Of a stretch of 64,000 bases of DNA, positions 8,258-21,590 are shown piece by piece. The stretch is from Candidatus Dormiibacterota bacterium (GTDB lineage Bacteria; Chloroflexota; Dormibacteria; Aeolococcales; Bog-877). Under the pieces are notes generated by a model. It did no database searches and was not told the origin of the DNA. It saw nothing but the letters and a program-made list of their open reading frames with translations. The translations under genes and the position numbers were made by a program. The DNA lies in assembly GCA_049799515.1 (NCBI GenBank), contig JBARIA010000067.1:483-64482 (forward strand). Reading direction: 5' to 3'. The first letter of the stretch is position 1, and every line of letters begins with the position of its first letter.

Positions 8258-9325
8258 TTAGGGTTCGACAGGCAGGGTTACCCGGACTTCCGTGCCCCTG
8301 CCCACCTGGGAGAGGATCTCCAACTGGCCCCGCTCCAGATCGGCGCGCTCCCGCATGGAGATCAGGCCGAAATGTGGCTCACGGGCCAGCCGCACCTCCA
8401 CCGCCGCCAGGTCAAAGCCCTCGCCGTCGTCCTTGATAACGGCGCTCACTCGCTGGGGCTGCAGGTTGATGAGGACGTCCAGGCTGTGGGCACTGGCGTG
8501 TTTGCGGACGTTGACCAGGGCCTCCTTAACAATCCGGAAGAGGGCTCCCTCGGTGGCTGGTGGCAGCCGACGCTCGGTCCCGATCACCGACAGCCTGCCC
8601 TCGATGCCCTCCGCGTCCCGGAACTCGTTGACCAGACGGCGCAGGGTCGGGATCACGCCCAGGTCGTCGAGGGTCATCGGCCGCAGGTCGAAGATCAACT
8701 GGCGGGTCTCGTCGAGCACCCCCTTCATGGCGTCCTTGAAGCTCTGGACCTCGGCCTTGGCCCGTTCCGGCTCCCGGTCGACCATGCGCTCCAGGATCTC
8801 GGCCCGGAGCACCAGGTTGGACATCGACTGGGCAGGGCCGTCGTGCATGTCGCGGGCGATCCGCATGCGCTCCTCGTCGATGGTCTGGAAGACCTGCCTC
8901 GAGGCGCTCCGGTAGCGCGCCAGCCCCTCCTCCAGGGTGCCGTCAGGGGGCCGGTGGTCCTCGAGCTGCTCGGCGGCCGCCTTCATCAGGGAGTGCCAGT
9001 AGCGCAGCTCCTTGGCCCAGCTCCGGCAGTGGGCCAGTCGCAGCCGAGCCAGGGTCATCTCGGACCTTAGGGCGAAGCATCGTCCGATGGCGGCCTCGAC
9101 CTCAGCCGAGGTGAAGCGGGCGTGGTCCCGAAGTACGTGGCGGCGGACGATGTCGGAGTCCTCCAGCCGGTCGCCGACCTGGTCAAGGGCGGTCAGCAGC
9201 TGCATGACCTCCTCATCGATGGTGAGGAGGGCGTTTTCAACCCGGAGGACCTCCTCCTCCAAGACCAGCTGGAGCTCCCCGAGGGGGGTAGCTACCGTAG
9301 ACACGGGACGAGCGGCCACGCCCAA
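8258..9325 (-). CDS. soluble sensor histidine kinase, HisKA_3 (DegS/NarX/LiaS) class
   Basis: 355 aa with no TM segment. N-terminal helical region, H-box RIARDMHDGPAQSMSNL, N-box EALVNVRKHA, G1 DDGEGF, G2 GLISMRERA...GRGTEV. Confidence 0.88.
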   Translation of the reverse strand: MGVAARPVSTVATPLGELQLVLEEEVLRVENALLTIDEEVMQLLTALDQVGDRLEDSDIVRRHVLRDHARFTSAEVEAAIGRCFALRSEMTLARLRLAHCRSWAKELRYWHSLMKAAAEQLEDHRPPDGTLEEGLARYRSASRQVFQTIDEERMRIARDMHDGPAQSMSNLVLRAEILERMVDREPERAKAEVQSFKDAMKGVLDETRQLIFDLRPMTLDDLGVIPTLRRLVNEFRDAEGIEGRLSVIGTERRLPPATEGALFRIVKEALVNVRKHASAHSLDVLINLQPQRVSAVIKDDGEGFDLAAVEVRLAREPHFGLISMRERADLERGQLEILSQVGRGTEVRVTLPVEP

Positions 9326-9432
9326 AGGTTACGTGGTGGCCCTGAGAAATGTCCGGGGCCGGTGCGGCCACGGCAGAGTGTGCGGCAGCCGCCTCAACCT
9401 ACACTGGCGCCCGTGATCGCTCCGGATGTGGC

Positions 9433-11025
9433 ATGGACCAGGACCAGCTGAAGCCGGCGACCCCGCGGCGCCAACTACTGACCCTGCCCCGGTTCCTCGC
9501 GCTCAGCGGACTCTTCGTAGCGATGCTGCTGGCGCGGCCCGAGGAGTTGGACCCCGACTTCTGGTGGCACCTGCGCAACGGCAAAACCCTGCTCGCAACC
9601 AACGCCCTCATTCATGTCAACCCCTACGCCTTCATGGCGGTTGGCCGCCACTGGATCATGCAGGAGTGGCTCAGCGAGTCCTGGATGGCGGCAGTCGCCG
9701 CCGCCGGCGGCCGGCTGGGGGTGGTGATCGTCTACGAACTGATCACCCTGGCCCTGTTTCTCCTGATCTGGATGCGGTCTCGCGAACTGGGCCCCGCTCA
9801 CGGCGTGACCCTGGCGGTGGGGATCCTTCTGGCCGGGCTGGCCGCCTATCCCATCCTCGGACCCCGCTCCCAGATGGATTCGTACATGCTGGCGGCGCTG
9901 GTGCTGTTCCTGGTGGAGCGTCAACTGCGCCGGGGCGGTCACCCCGCCTGGCTGCTTCCCCCGGTGTTCCTGATCTGGTCCAACCTCCACGCCGGGTTCA
10001 TTCTGGGATTGATCTTCCTGCTGGCGATCGTGGGGGTGGAAGGGGCCTCCGCGCTGGTGGGCCGACGGTCCGATACCGAGCGGAGTCGGATCGTACAGCT
10101 GGCCTGGGCCACAGGCTGTTCGGTGGCGGTTTGCCTGCTCAACCCCAACGGGCCGGTGATCGTCGCCTATCCCTTCGAGACCCAGTTCAACACCGCCCAG
10201 CAGGCGCTGATTCAGGAGTGGCAGAGTCCAGACTTTCACTCGGCGGTGCTGCTGCCGCTGCTGGTCTTCATCCTCAGTCTGGCCGTCCTCCTGGTTCGCT
10301 ACCGATCGATCAGCCTTCGCGACGGCGTGGTCCTGGTCCTGAGCCTCTTCCTCACCCTTCAATCGGTGCGCAACAGCGTATTTCTGGTAGCCGCCGGAGC
10401 CCCCATCTGGATCAACCTGGCGGAACGCGGCCGGCAGGATCTGGCCCGGCACTGGCACCCCCGTCTACGGCTGCGCCAGCCACCCCTGGTGGTCCTGGTA
10501 GAGCTCTTGGAACTGCTCCTTCTGCTGGTGATCCTGACCGTCCAGGTGGACGCCGGCGGCAGCCCCTCGCTCAACTCTTCGACCTACGTCGATTCCTTCC
10601 CGGTCTGCGCGGCCCGGTGGCTGGAGTCTGCCCCAGGCAACTTGCGCGTCTTCAACCAGTACGGCGATGGTGGCTTTCTGGCCTACACCGTGCCCAAGGA
10701 CAAGGTGTTCATCTTCGGTGACGCGGCGCTGATGGGCAGCCAGCTGCTGGAACGGTACGCCTCGATCATCGACCTCAGCCCCGGCTGGCTCACCGACCTT
10801 GACTCCAGCCCGTCGCAGCTGGTCGTGTTCGAGCGGGGCACCGCCTTCCCCGACGCCCTCCAGCGATCGCCCCAATGGACTCTCGTATACCGCGATCGGC
10901 GAGTCGAGGCGTTCGAACGGACCAGTCTGCTCAGCTCATTGCATCTTCCGCCCAACCCCACCGCAGCGAACTGGCGGGAGAGAGGTATCACCGCCTGCGC
11001 CACCCAGGCCAGGCGGCTGGCCTAG
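9433..11025 (+). CDS. polytopic membrane protein, GT-C-like (putative lipid-linked-sugar glycosyltransferase); paralog of 12587-14140
   Basis: The ORF starts at 9349, but ATG at 9433 (MDQDQLKP) is the more likely start. It has more than 10 hydrophobic segments and a first-loop motif DPDFWWHLRNG. The C-terminal soluble domain contains NQYGDGGFLAY. Function is inferred only. Confidence 0.45.
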   Translation: MDQDQLKPATPRRQLLTLPRFLALSGLFVAMLLARPEELDPDFWWHLRNGKTLLATNALIHVNPYAFMAVGRHWIMQEWLSESWMAAVAAAGGRLGVVIVYELITLALFLLIWMRSRELGPAHGVTLAVGILLAGLAAYPILGPRSQMDSYMLAALVLFLVERQLRRGGHPAWLLPPVFLIWSNLHAGFILGLIFLLAIVGVEGASALVGRRSDTERSRIVQLAWATGCSVAVCLLNPNGPVIVAYPFETQFNTAQQALIQEWQSPDFHSAVLLPLLVFILSLAVLLVRYRSISLRDGVVLVLSLFLTLQSVRNSVFLVAAGAPIWINLAERGRQDLARHWHPRLRLRQPPLVVLVELLELLLLLVILTVQVDAGGSPSLNSSTYVDSFPVCAARWLESAPGNLRVFNQYGDGGFLAYTVPKDKVFIFGDAALMGSQLLERYASIIDLSPGWLTDLDSSPSQLVVFERGTAFPDALQRSPQWTLVYRDRRVEAFERTSLLSSLHLPPNPTAANWRERGITACATQARRLA

Positions 11026-11040
11026 CCAAGAACGGGTCCG

Positions 11041-11574
11041 CTAGCGGACGGTCGGTTTGGGATAGAGACGCCAGAGGGTGAACAGGAAGGTGACCAGGAT
11101 GGTCAGGTGAACGCTGGTGCACCAGATGCAAATGTTGCGCAACTCAACCAGCTCCACGAATATCAGGTAGAAGACGGTAAGCAGTCCCAGTCCGCCCCAG
11201 ATCGCGTGCGCCTGGCGAAGACGGTAGTTGGCAGGCTGACGCAGCTGGATCAGCGCCAGCACCAGGCCGACCAGAAAATAGGCCAAGCCCGGAACCGTGA
11301 TCGGGATCGAGGTGCCGGGAACCACTGAGTAAACACTGGTCAGCACCGCTTCGCAGTTGATCAGTCCCTTGTCGCTGCAGACCAACAGGGTGGGAGCGTA
11401 GTGGACCGCGGTGAGGTATCCGGAAAGCCCCATGCCGATCAGGGCCAGGACGGCGAGGGCCACCGCCCCCAGTGGCCCAGAATCCGAGCCAGAAGTGGCA
11501 GATCTTGCCCCGCTCCCGGAGTCTCCCGCAGAGATGGCCGGCACCATCCGGCGGCGACTCCGGGCCTTGCTCAC
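11041..11574 (-). CDS. vitamin K epoxide reductase (VKOR) family protein
   Basis: 177 aa with 4-5 TM segments. Loop Cys pair CSDKGLINC and redox CXXC (CIWC). 4-nt overlap with the upstream DUF929 gene. Confidence 0.8.
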   Translation of the reverse strand: MSKARSRRRMVPAISAGDSGSGARSATSGSDSGPLGAVALAVLALIGMGLSGYLTAVHYAPTLLVCSDKGLINCEAVLTSVYSVVPGTSIPITVPGLAYFLVGLVLALIQLRQPANYRLRQAHAIWGGLGLLTVFYLIFVELVELRNICIWCTSVHLTILVTFLFTLWRLYPKPTVR

Positions 11575-12536
11575 GCGCTCGCTGCCAGCTTGGTTTCCAT
11601 AGTCGTGATCCGCGAGCTGTTGCAGACCGCAGAGGGCTGCTTGCCGGTGATCAGGCAGGTGGCCGCGGTGACGTAGTTGGCCCCGCCCAGAACCTGCTTG
11701 GCGATTGTCGACTTGGGATTACGCAGTTGCACGAGAATCTGGTTCCAGCTCAGGCCTTCCATCTTGGCCACGTTAGCGGTTGCGGTCTCACTACCCACCT
11801 GGGCATCCTTGCCGGCGTAGTCCAAAAAGGGATAACCCAAGTCGGTGTCAATGGTGGTGAAGGCGGACGACAAGTCTCCGCTGACGGACTGCAGCGTCTT
11901 GTACGGGGAACCATCCTTGTTGATGGAAACGTTGCTCTGGAGCTCGTGCGAGGAGAAGACCAGGTATTTGCTCTTGAACTTGGCGCCGTAGGCGAATGTG
12001 AAGGTGGGAACGTTGCTCGGGTCGTCATATACCGAAGACCGAATGGTGTGCAGCCCGGTCCAGGTGCCGAACGGGCTCAGTCCGATGATGATTGACCAGC
12101 GCTGGAGAGCGCAGTAGGGGCAGTACTCGGCGCCCACGAATCCAATCACAGGCAGTCCATTGGAGCTGAGGGCCACAGCCTTGTACGAGGAGGGAATGGT
12201 GACCGGATAGTTGGTGATGTTTCCGCCCTTTACTTGGTCCAGGGTGCTGGCCGGGATGCTGGTCAATGAGTGGAGAAGGGAGGCGGGTACTGGCAGCACC
12301 TGAGTATCCTGCTTCAGGTTGCTGGTGAGCGACATCTCCAAGAAGACCACCACGATCACGAAGACCGCGACCACCCCCAGCACCCCCGAGATCAGCCCCC
12401 AGGGACGCTTAGCCTCGTTGCGGCGGTAGTTGCGACCCTTTGTGCGACCACGGGACTGCTGTCTGGACCCGCCGGCTCGGCCTTCTGCTGCAGCCTCTCG
12501 CATCTGCCGCCGGGCGGCCATCGACTTCTTAGACAT
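11571..12536 (-). CDS. DUF929 family membrane-anchored thioredoxin-like (DsbA-like) protein
   Basis: 321 aa. Basic N-terminus plus one TM (ISGVLGVVAVFVIVVVF). Motif GAEYCPYCALQRWSI is typical of DUF929. Confidence 0.75.
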   Translation of the reverse strand: MSKKSMAARRQMREAAAEGRAGGSRQQSRGRTKGRNYRRNEAKRPWGLISGVLGVVAVFVIVVVFLEMSLTSNLKQDTQVLPVPASLLHSLTSIPASTLDQVKGGNITNYPVTIPSSYKAVALSSNGLPVIGFVGAEYCPYCALQRWSIIIGLSPFGTWTGLHTIRSSVYDDPSNVPTFTFAYGAKFKSKYLVFSSHELQSNVSINKDGSPYKTLQSVSGDLSSAFTTIDTDLGYPFLDYAGKDAQVGSETATANVAKMEGLSWNQILVQLRNPKSTIAKQVLGGANYVTAATCLITGKQPSAVCNSSRITTMETKLAASA

Positions 12537-12586
12537 GCTCTCCTGCTCGGGGTCCGCGAACTGTGCCGGATCGTAGCCGAAAGGGC

Positions 12587-14140
12587 TTAGAGATTCCTGG
12601 GCGCCAGGATCAGAGTCGTGGCGTCACGATACCGGATCTTCCAGCCCTCGGCCCGCAAGAAGGTGGCCGCGGGCGCCGCCCGGGGCAGGATCGCCAGCTT
12701 CGGATGCAGCGACCGCAGGATTCCCAGCGCCCCGGAATTGAGCACCGCCAGCTCCTGACACTGACCGAGTGCCGAACCGGCGAGCGGCAAGGGGTCGTCG
12801 ACACAGATTAGGTGGCGACCAGCCGGGAACTGACTGCTCAGATAGTCCCCGAAGCCGGGAGTGGTGAACCAGGCGCCGGAAGTTGGATTGTCGGCCAGCC
12901 AGCGCGCCGCCCGGACTGGAAATTGTGATGAGGTCTGCCCACTCACTCCGCCTGCCCGGGCGATCGACGCCACCCCCGAGCCAAGCACCGCCAAGGCGAT
13001 CACCAAGGGTATGGCGGCGGTCAGGCCGGAGCGGGAGTGCAGCACTGCACTCCCGCTCCGGCTGGTGTGGTCTGGCTGACTGCCGGACTCCCGCGGCCAC
13101 CAGGCAAGCGAGAGGTAGCCGCAGCTCTGCACGGCGGCCACCACCAGGAACCAGGGCAGGTAGTTGGCCCACAACATAGCCAGGGCCGCGGTGACCAGTC
13201 CCAGATAGGCGTCGGCGCGGCGCAACCTCGAGCCAGCCAGCCAGTACGAGAACAGCAGCACAAAGCCGGCCAGTTCGGACACCCGGGCGCTCCAGGGATG
13301 GAAGCCGATGCTGGACCAGGCTGCCAGGAGGGGATGCTCGCCCTGCATCCCGAGGCTGAGCGGCAGCTCCCCGATGGCACCGATTCCCCTGGGGCTCAGG
13401 AGTAGAGCCAGACCGGTAAGCGGGATCAACCACCAGCTGGGCGCGGACTTCTGCCCTGTGCGGGAGGCGCCCCAGTGGGCGATCACCAGCCAGCCCCAGA
13501 TGACCAGCACCGCGACTCCGGCGTCGGCCTGGACATTGGTCCAAACGATCACCAACACCACCAGCGCCGCGGCGCCCAACCTGCTTCCACGCCCGACCGC
13601 GGGCAAGGCCAGCACCAAGGCGGCTGCCAGGATCGCCAACAGCTCCGTGGACAGGTCGGTTAGCACCGGCGCCAGGGCCGCCAAGCCGAGCCCGCCGGCC
13701 ACCACGACTACCAGTGGATGAGCCCTGCCGCCGGCCCGGATCGCCAGCAGCAGGCCGACCCCGACCACCGCCCCGGCCACGGCTCCGGCCACCACCAGCC
13801 CGCCCAGCCCGGCGCCGCTGTATATGAAGAAGAGGGCGAGATCGGCGAGCCAGGACCGCAGATCGAGCGCCGCTCCCGGCTGGGCCAGGTAGGTCGCCGT
13901 GCCGCTGAGGCCATGGCTGTGGATCAGCTCCCCGTTGGCCAGGTGCCAGAACCAGGCCCCCGCGGTGGGGGCGTGCAACCCGGCGGCAGCGCCCCCCAGG
14001 ACTAGCACTCCGGACGCCGCCCACCACCAAACTCCTCCCGAGGTGGCCCGCAGCAGCCGGGCCGCCCAGGCGGACGCCGCGTCGAGGTCTAGGAGCTGGT
14101 GCCGGAGCCTGGGACGCCGGGGCGAGAGCTCTTGGCTCAC
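12587..14140 (-). CDS. polytopic membrane protein, GT-C-like; paralog of 9433-11025
   Basis: 517 aa with many TM segments. Motif GAWFWHLANG parallels WWHLRNG in the paralog, and the C-terminal domain has TPGFGDYLSS. The start overlaps the GT2 stop by 4 nt. Confidence 0.45.
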   Translation of the reverse strand: MSQELSPRRPRLRHQLLDLDAASAWAARLLRATSGGVWWWAASGVLVLGGAAAGLHAPTAGAWFWHLANGELIHSHGLSGTATYLAQPGAALDLRSWLADLALFFIYSGAGLGGLVVAGAVAGAVVGVGLLLAIRAGGRAHPLVVVVAGGLGLAALAPVLTDLSTELLAILAAALVLALPAVGRGSRLGAAALVVLVIVWTNVQADAGVAVLVIWGWLVIAHWGASRTGQKSAPSWWLIPLTGLALLLSPRGIGAIGELPLSLGMQGEHPLLAAWSSIGFHPWSARVSELAGFVLLFSYWLAGSRLRRADAYLGLVTAALAMLWANYLPWFLVVAAVQSCGYLSLAWWPRESGSQPDHTSRSGSAVLHSRSGLTAAIPLVIALAVLGSGVASIARAGGVSGQTSSQFPVRAARWLADNPTSGAWFTTPGFGDYLSSQFPAGRHLICVDDPLPLAGSALGQCQELAVLNSGALGILRSLHPKLAILPRAAPAATFLRAEGWKIRYRDATTLILAPRNL

Positions 14141-14859
14141 GCGTTGGGGTCCGATCCGACCCGGCGGCGCAGGCGGAGCAGGTCGGCCAGCATCAGCCCT
14201 CCGTCCCGCAGCGAGCTGACCCTAGTTCCGGCGGCGTTGCGCCAGATGACCGGGATCTCGGCGATCGGGATCGCCAGCAGCCGAGCCCGCAGCAGCACCT
14301 CGGCGTCAAAGCCGAAGCCGGGAGTCCGCAACGGCGTGAAACAGCTGACCGCGGCGGCGGCGGTGAACATCTTGAAGCCGCACTGGGTGTCCCGCAGTCC
14401 AGGCAGCACCAGGCGGCGCAGCGCCTGGTTGTAAGTCTTGCCCATCAGCTCCCGGTAGAGCGGCTGGTGCAGCTCCACCTGAGACCCGGGCAGCGCCCGT
14501 GACCCGATCGCCACCCCGGCCCCGTTGGCGATCGCAGTCTCCAGCTTGCCCATCTCCGCGATTGGGGTAGACAGGTCGGAGTCGCTGAAGAGCCGCAAGG
14601 TACCGACCGCCTGCAACATACCGGCTCTGACCGCGGCCCCCTTGCCCTGGTTGCGGTCGAAAACCACCAGCTGGAGTTGAGGCCAGCCCGATCTGGCCTT
14701 CTCGACCATCCCTCTGGTCCCGTCCTCACTGCCGTCATCAACCACCAGCACCTCGTACGGTCGCCCGGAGGCGTCCAGGTGGCGCCGGATCAGCTCCAGC
14801 GATGGCGGCAGCCGGACCAACTCGTTGTAGGCCGGCAGCACCAGGCTCAGCTCCACCAT
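14137..14859 (-). CDS. family 2 glycosyltransferase, polyprenol-phosphate hexosyltransferase-like (DPM1/DPG-synthase type)
   Basis: LSLVLPAYNE...YEVLVVDDGSEDGT...DSDLS motifs. Start set at ATG 14859 (MVELSLVL) rather than the ORF start 14976, which would overlap the TagA-like gene. Confidence 0.8.
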   Translation of the reverse strand: MVELSLVLPAYNELVRLPPSLELIRRHLDASGRPYEVLVVDDGSEDGTRGMVEKARSGWPQLQLVVFDRNQGKGAAVRAGMLQAVGTLRLFSDSDLSTPIAEMGKLETAIANGAGVAIGSRALPGSQVELHQPLYRELMGKTYNQALRRLVLPGLRDTQCGFKMFTAAAAVSCFTPLRTPGFGFDAEVLLRARLLAIPIAEIPVIWRNAAGTRVSSLRDGGLMLADLLRLRRRVGSDPNA

Positions 14860-14867
14860 CTCGGCGC

Positions 14868-15665
14868 TCAACTCGGCGAAGGCCTTAGGGACTCCCTGAC
14901 CACCTCCCAGAAGAAGGGGGCGCCCCGGAGCATCCTGGGCAGCCGCCAGGGCTGGCGGGCCAGTCGGAAGCTCCACTCCAGTCCAGCCTTCCGCAGCGCC
15001 GCTGGGGCCCTCGGCAGCCTGCCAGCAAGGTAGTCGAGAGTGCCCCCGACTCCGATCCCCACCCGGGCCCCGGTCTCCTCCAGGTGGTTAGAGAGCCAGA
15101 GGTCCTGCTCAGGCACCCCAAAGGCCACCGCCAGCACGGCGGCTCCGGACGACCGGATTCTGGTGCAGATGGAGTCCGCCTCGTCAGCGGCCGGCGAGCC
15201 AGCCCAAACCCCTCCGACCAACAGGCCGGGGTGGGCCTGTTCCAGGGCTCGGGCAGCGGCTCCGGCGACCCCGGGGGCTCCCCCCAGCAGGAAGATCGAC
15301 CAGTTGCGGCCGACCGACATCTCGGCTAGGTCGTCGAGGAAGTCCGCGCCCGCGATTCGCTCTGGCACCGGGGTCCCCAACCGCCGGCTGGCCCAAACCA
15401 CTCCTGTGCCGTCGGGAAGGATGAGGCCAGCACCCCGGATCGCCCTGGCCAGGGAAGGCTGACGTCGGGCCTGCATCACCATCTCCGGATTCAGGGTGAC
15501 CACCTGCAGTGGCCCAGCCTCCCGGGTGCCCGCCGACTCACAGCGGGCCCGGGCCTGCTCCAGAGTGCAGCAGTCCACCGGGATTCCCAGCAACTCAACT
15601 CGCGCCGGACCCTCGGTGAGTGGACCGGGAGAGATGGATGTGGACGATACGCCGGCCCCTGGCAC
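14868..15665 (-). CDS. WecB/TagA/CpsF family (GT26) glycosyltransferase
   Basis: VELLGIPVDCCTLEQA..., LNPEMVMQA, LILPDGTGVVWA, FGVPEQDLWL. The ORF extends to 15908 across the atpC 3' end. The start is uncertain (GTG 15665 or TTG 15593). Confidence 0.8.
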   Translation of the reverse strand: MPGAGVSSTSISPGPLTEGPARVELLGIPVDCCTLEQARARCESAGTREAGPLQVVTLNPEMVMQARRQPSLARAIRGAGLILPDGTGVVWASRRLGTPVPERIAGADFLDDLAEMSVGRNWSIFLLGGAPGVAGAAARALEQAHPGLLVGGVWAGSPAADEADSICTRIRSSGAAVLAVAFGVPEQDLWLSNHLEETGARVGIGVGGTLDYLAGRLPRAPAALRKAGLEWSFRLARQPWRLPRMLRGAPFFWEVVRESLRPSPS

Positions 15666-15738
15666 CGGCCGAGTATATGGCCGGTTGGCTTCCCTCCCGG
15701 GCCGCGACTGACTCGTTACCCGGCCGGGGTGGAAGACT

Positions 15739-16161
15739 CTATTCGCGGCGCCTGCGGCGGTCCCGCTCGGCGGCCTGAAGCCGGTACTCGGCCACCTCCA
15801 GTTGCCGCTCCAGCTTGGCCCGCTCCTCTGATTCGGAAGTGGTCGCTTTGGCAAGGGCGTCCTGGGCTGTTCGCCGGCCCTCCTCCGCCTCGACCGCATC
15901 GAGCTCACTGGTTGGTACGCCCCGATCGGCGAGGATCGAGACCCGGTTGGGAAGCACCTCCAGGTAGGCGCCTTCCAGAAAGAAGAAGTGCTCGTCCCGG
16001 CCCTGGCGCAGCATCAATTCTCCGGGCTTGAGCCAGGTCAGCAGCGGAGCATGACCAGGCAGCACCCCCAGCTCACCGTCGGCGCCACGGGCCACGATGA
16101 AGTCGCAGTCCCCCTCAAAGAGCGGGTGGAGTGCCGCAAAGAGGCGGGTGGGAACTGCCAA
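15739..16161 (-). CDS. atpC: F1 ATP synthase epsilon subunit
   Basis: 140 aa. FIVARGADGELGVLPGHAPLLT motif. Position after atpD. Confidence 0.93.
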   Translation of the reverse strand: MAVPTRLFAALHPLFEGDCDFIVARGADGELGVLPGHAPLLTWLKPGELMLRQGRDEHFFFLEGAYLEVLPNRVSILADRGVPTSELDAVEAEEGRRTAQDALAKATTSESEERAKLERQLEVAEYRLQAAERDRRRRRE

Positions 16162-16162
16162 G

Positions 16163-18674
<2,512 letters not shown>

Positions 18675-18685
18675 AGAGCTCTTGC

Positions 18686-20221
<1,536 letters not shown>

Positions 20222-20228
20222 GTTTTCC

Positions 20229-20795
20229 TCATCTAGTTGGCACTTGGGTGAGTAGCTCCTGGCGCAGCTGCTGGAGCCGCGTGGTCAGGCTGGCGTCGAA
20301 GACCCGGTCCCCCACTCGCACCACCGCCCCTCCCAATAAGGAGGGATCAACCTTGGCCTCAAAACGCACATCCAGATTAAGCCGCCTTGAGAGCTGCTCC
20401 GCCAGCTGCTGCTGGTCGGCCGCGCTCACCGCGACGGCGGTGGTGAGCTGCGCCAGAACCCGGCCCTCCCGCTTGTCGACCAGCTGCTGGTAACCCGCCT
20501 CGATCGCCGCTAACAGCCGCTGGCGCTGGCTGCTGACCAAGACCAAGAGCAGGTTTCCGGCCGGTTTGTCGATGGCCGGGTCCTCCGCCAGGACTGCCCG
20601 GCACAGCTCCACCTTCTGGGTGATCCTGAGGGAGGGCTCGGCCAGCGCCTTACCGAGGTCGCTCTCCTCCAGCAGATGGCGCAACCGCCCGAGGCGTTCC
20701 GACCAGGGCGCGAAGCCGCCCTCCTCCTCCGCCAGCTGGAAGACCGCCTCCGCATAGTGGCGGGCGGTGCTGGGAACCCTGGGGACTTCAGGCAC
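20229..20795 (-). CDS. atpH: F1 ATP synthase delta (OSCP) subunit
   Basis: 188 aa. [11 protein letters not shown] start and position between atpF and atpA. Not fused to the b subunit. Confidence 0.9.
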   Translation of the reverse strand: MPEVPRVPSTARHYAEAVFQLAEEEGGFAPWSERLGRLRHLLEESDLGKALAEPSLRITQKVELCRAVLAEDPAIDKPAGNLLLVLVSSQRQRLLAAIEAGYQQLVDKREGRVLAQLTTAVAVSAADQQQLAEQLSRRLNLDVRFEAKVDPSLLGGAVVRVGDRVFDASLTTRLQQLRQELLTQVPTR

Positions 20796-21297
20796 TCAGG
20801 TCGACCTCCGCCAAGGCTTCGTCGATCAGGCGCCGCTGGCGCTTTGGATCGAGCTCCTCCTGGAGGATCTTGCTGGTGGCCTGGAGCACCAGGTCGGCCA
20901 CCTGCCGCCGCAGCTGGCTGACCGCCTGTTCCCGTTCCTGGGCCAGTTCGGCCCGGGCCCTGGTCAGCATCGCCTCCTGCTCCTCTCGGCCCTTCTGGCG
21001 CAGCTCCTCGCGCAGCTCCTCGCCCAGCTTCTGGGCCCGGTCGAGGATCTCCTGCGCCTGGCGACGGGCGTCAGCGAGATCAGATTTCTCCTTTAGCCTG
21101 GCCTCCTCGACCTCCCGGCGCGCCGCCTCCGCCTCGGAGAGGGCCTGGGCGATCTGTTGCTGTCGGACCTTGAGGGCGTTGGAAATCGGCGGGAAGACGT
21201 AGCGCGACAGCAAGTACAGCAGAGCCAGAAAAACCACGATCTCGACGGGAAAGGTCAGGTTCAGCGAGAGCGGACTGGCGGCGGCGACTAGCGGCAC
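20788..21297 (-). CDS. atpF: Fo ATP synthase subunit b
   Basis: 169 aa. One N-terminal TM followed by a long charged helix (EAEAARREVEEARLKEK...). Confidence 0.9.
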   Translation of the reverse strand: MPLVAAASPLSLNLTFPVEIVVFLALLYLLSRYVFPPISNALKVRQQQIAQALSEAEAARREVEEARLKEKSDLADARRQAQEILDRAQKLGEELREELRQKGREEQEAMLTRARAELAQEREQAVSQLRRQVADLVLQATSKILQEELDPKRQRRLIDEALAEVDLSA

Positions 21298-21307
21298 GAG
21301 TAGTCGC

Positions 21308-21553
21308 CTACTTTCCGGCCAGGCTGATGAAGACGAACATCAATGCAAGGTTGATGAAATACACGGCCTCGGCCAGACCCACCGTCAGGAAGGTCCAGGT
21401 CAAGAGCCGCGACTGGGCCTCCGGCTGCCGGGCGATTCCGGCGATCAGCTGCGCCCCGGCTAGGCCGTCCCCGATGGCCGCGCCGACCGCGCCTACCCCG
21501 GTGCCGATCATGGCCCCGGCGAACACGATTGCGTGAGACGTGTCGAGCGCCAA
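21308..21553 (-). CDS. atpE: Fo ATP synthase subunit c
   Basis: [10 protein letters not shown]...ARQPE...[11 protein letters not shown] hairpin. The ORF starts at 21622, but TTG at 21553 is preceded by GGGAGGAATTCAT, giving an ~81-aa protein. Confidence 0.9.
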   Translation of the reverse strand: MALDTSHAIVFAGAMIGTGVGAVGAAIGDGLAGAQLIAGIARQPEAQSRLLTWTFLTVGLAEAVYFINLALMFVFISLAGK

Positions 21554-21590
21554 ATGAATTCCTCCCTGGTCTGGGTGCGGGGGCTGGCCC

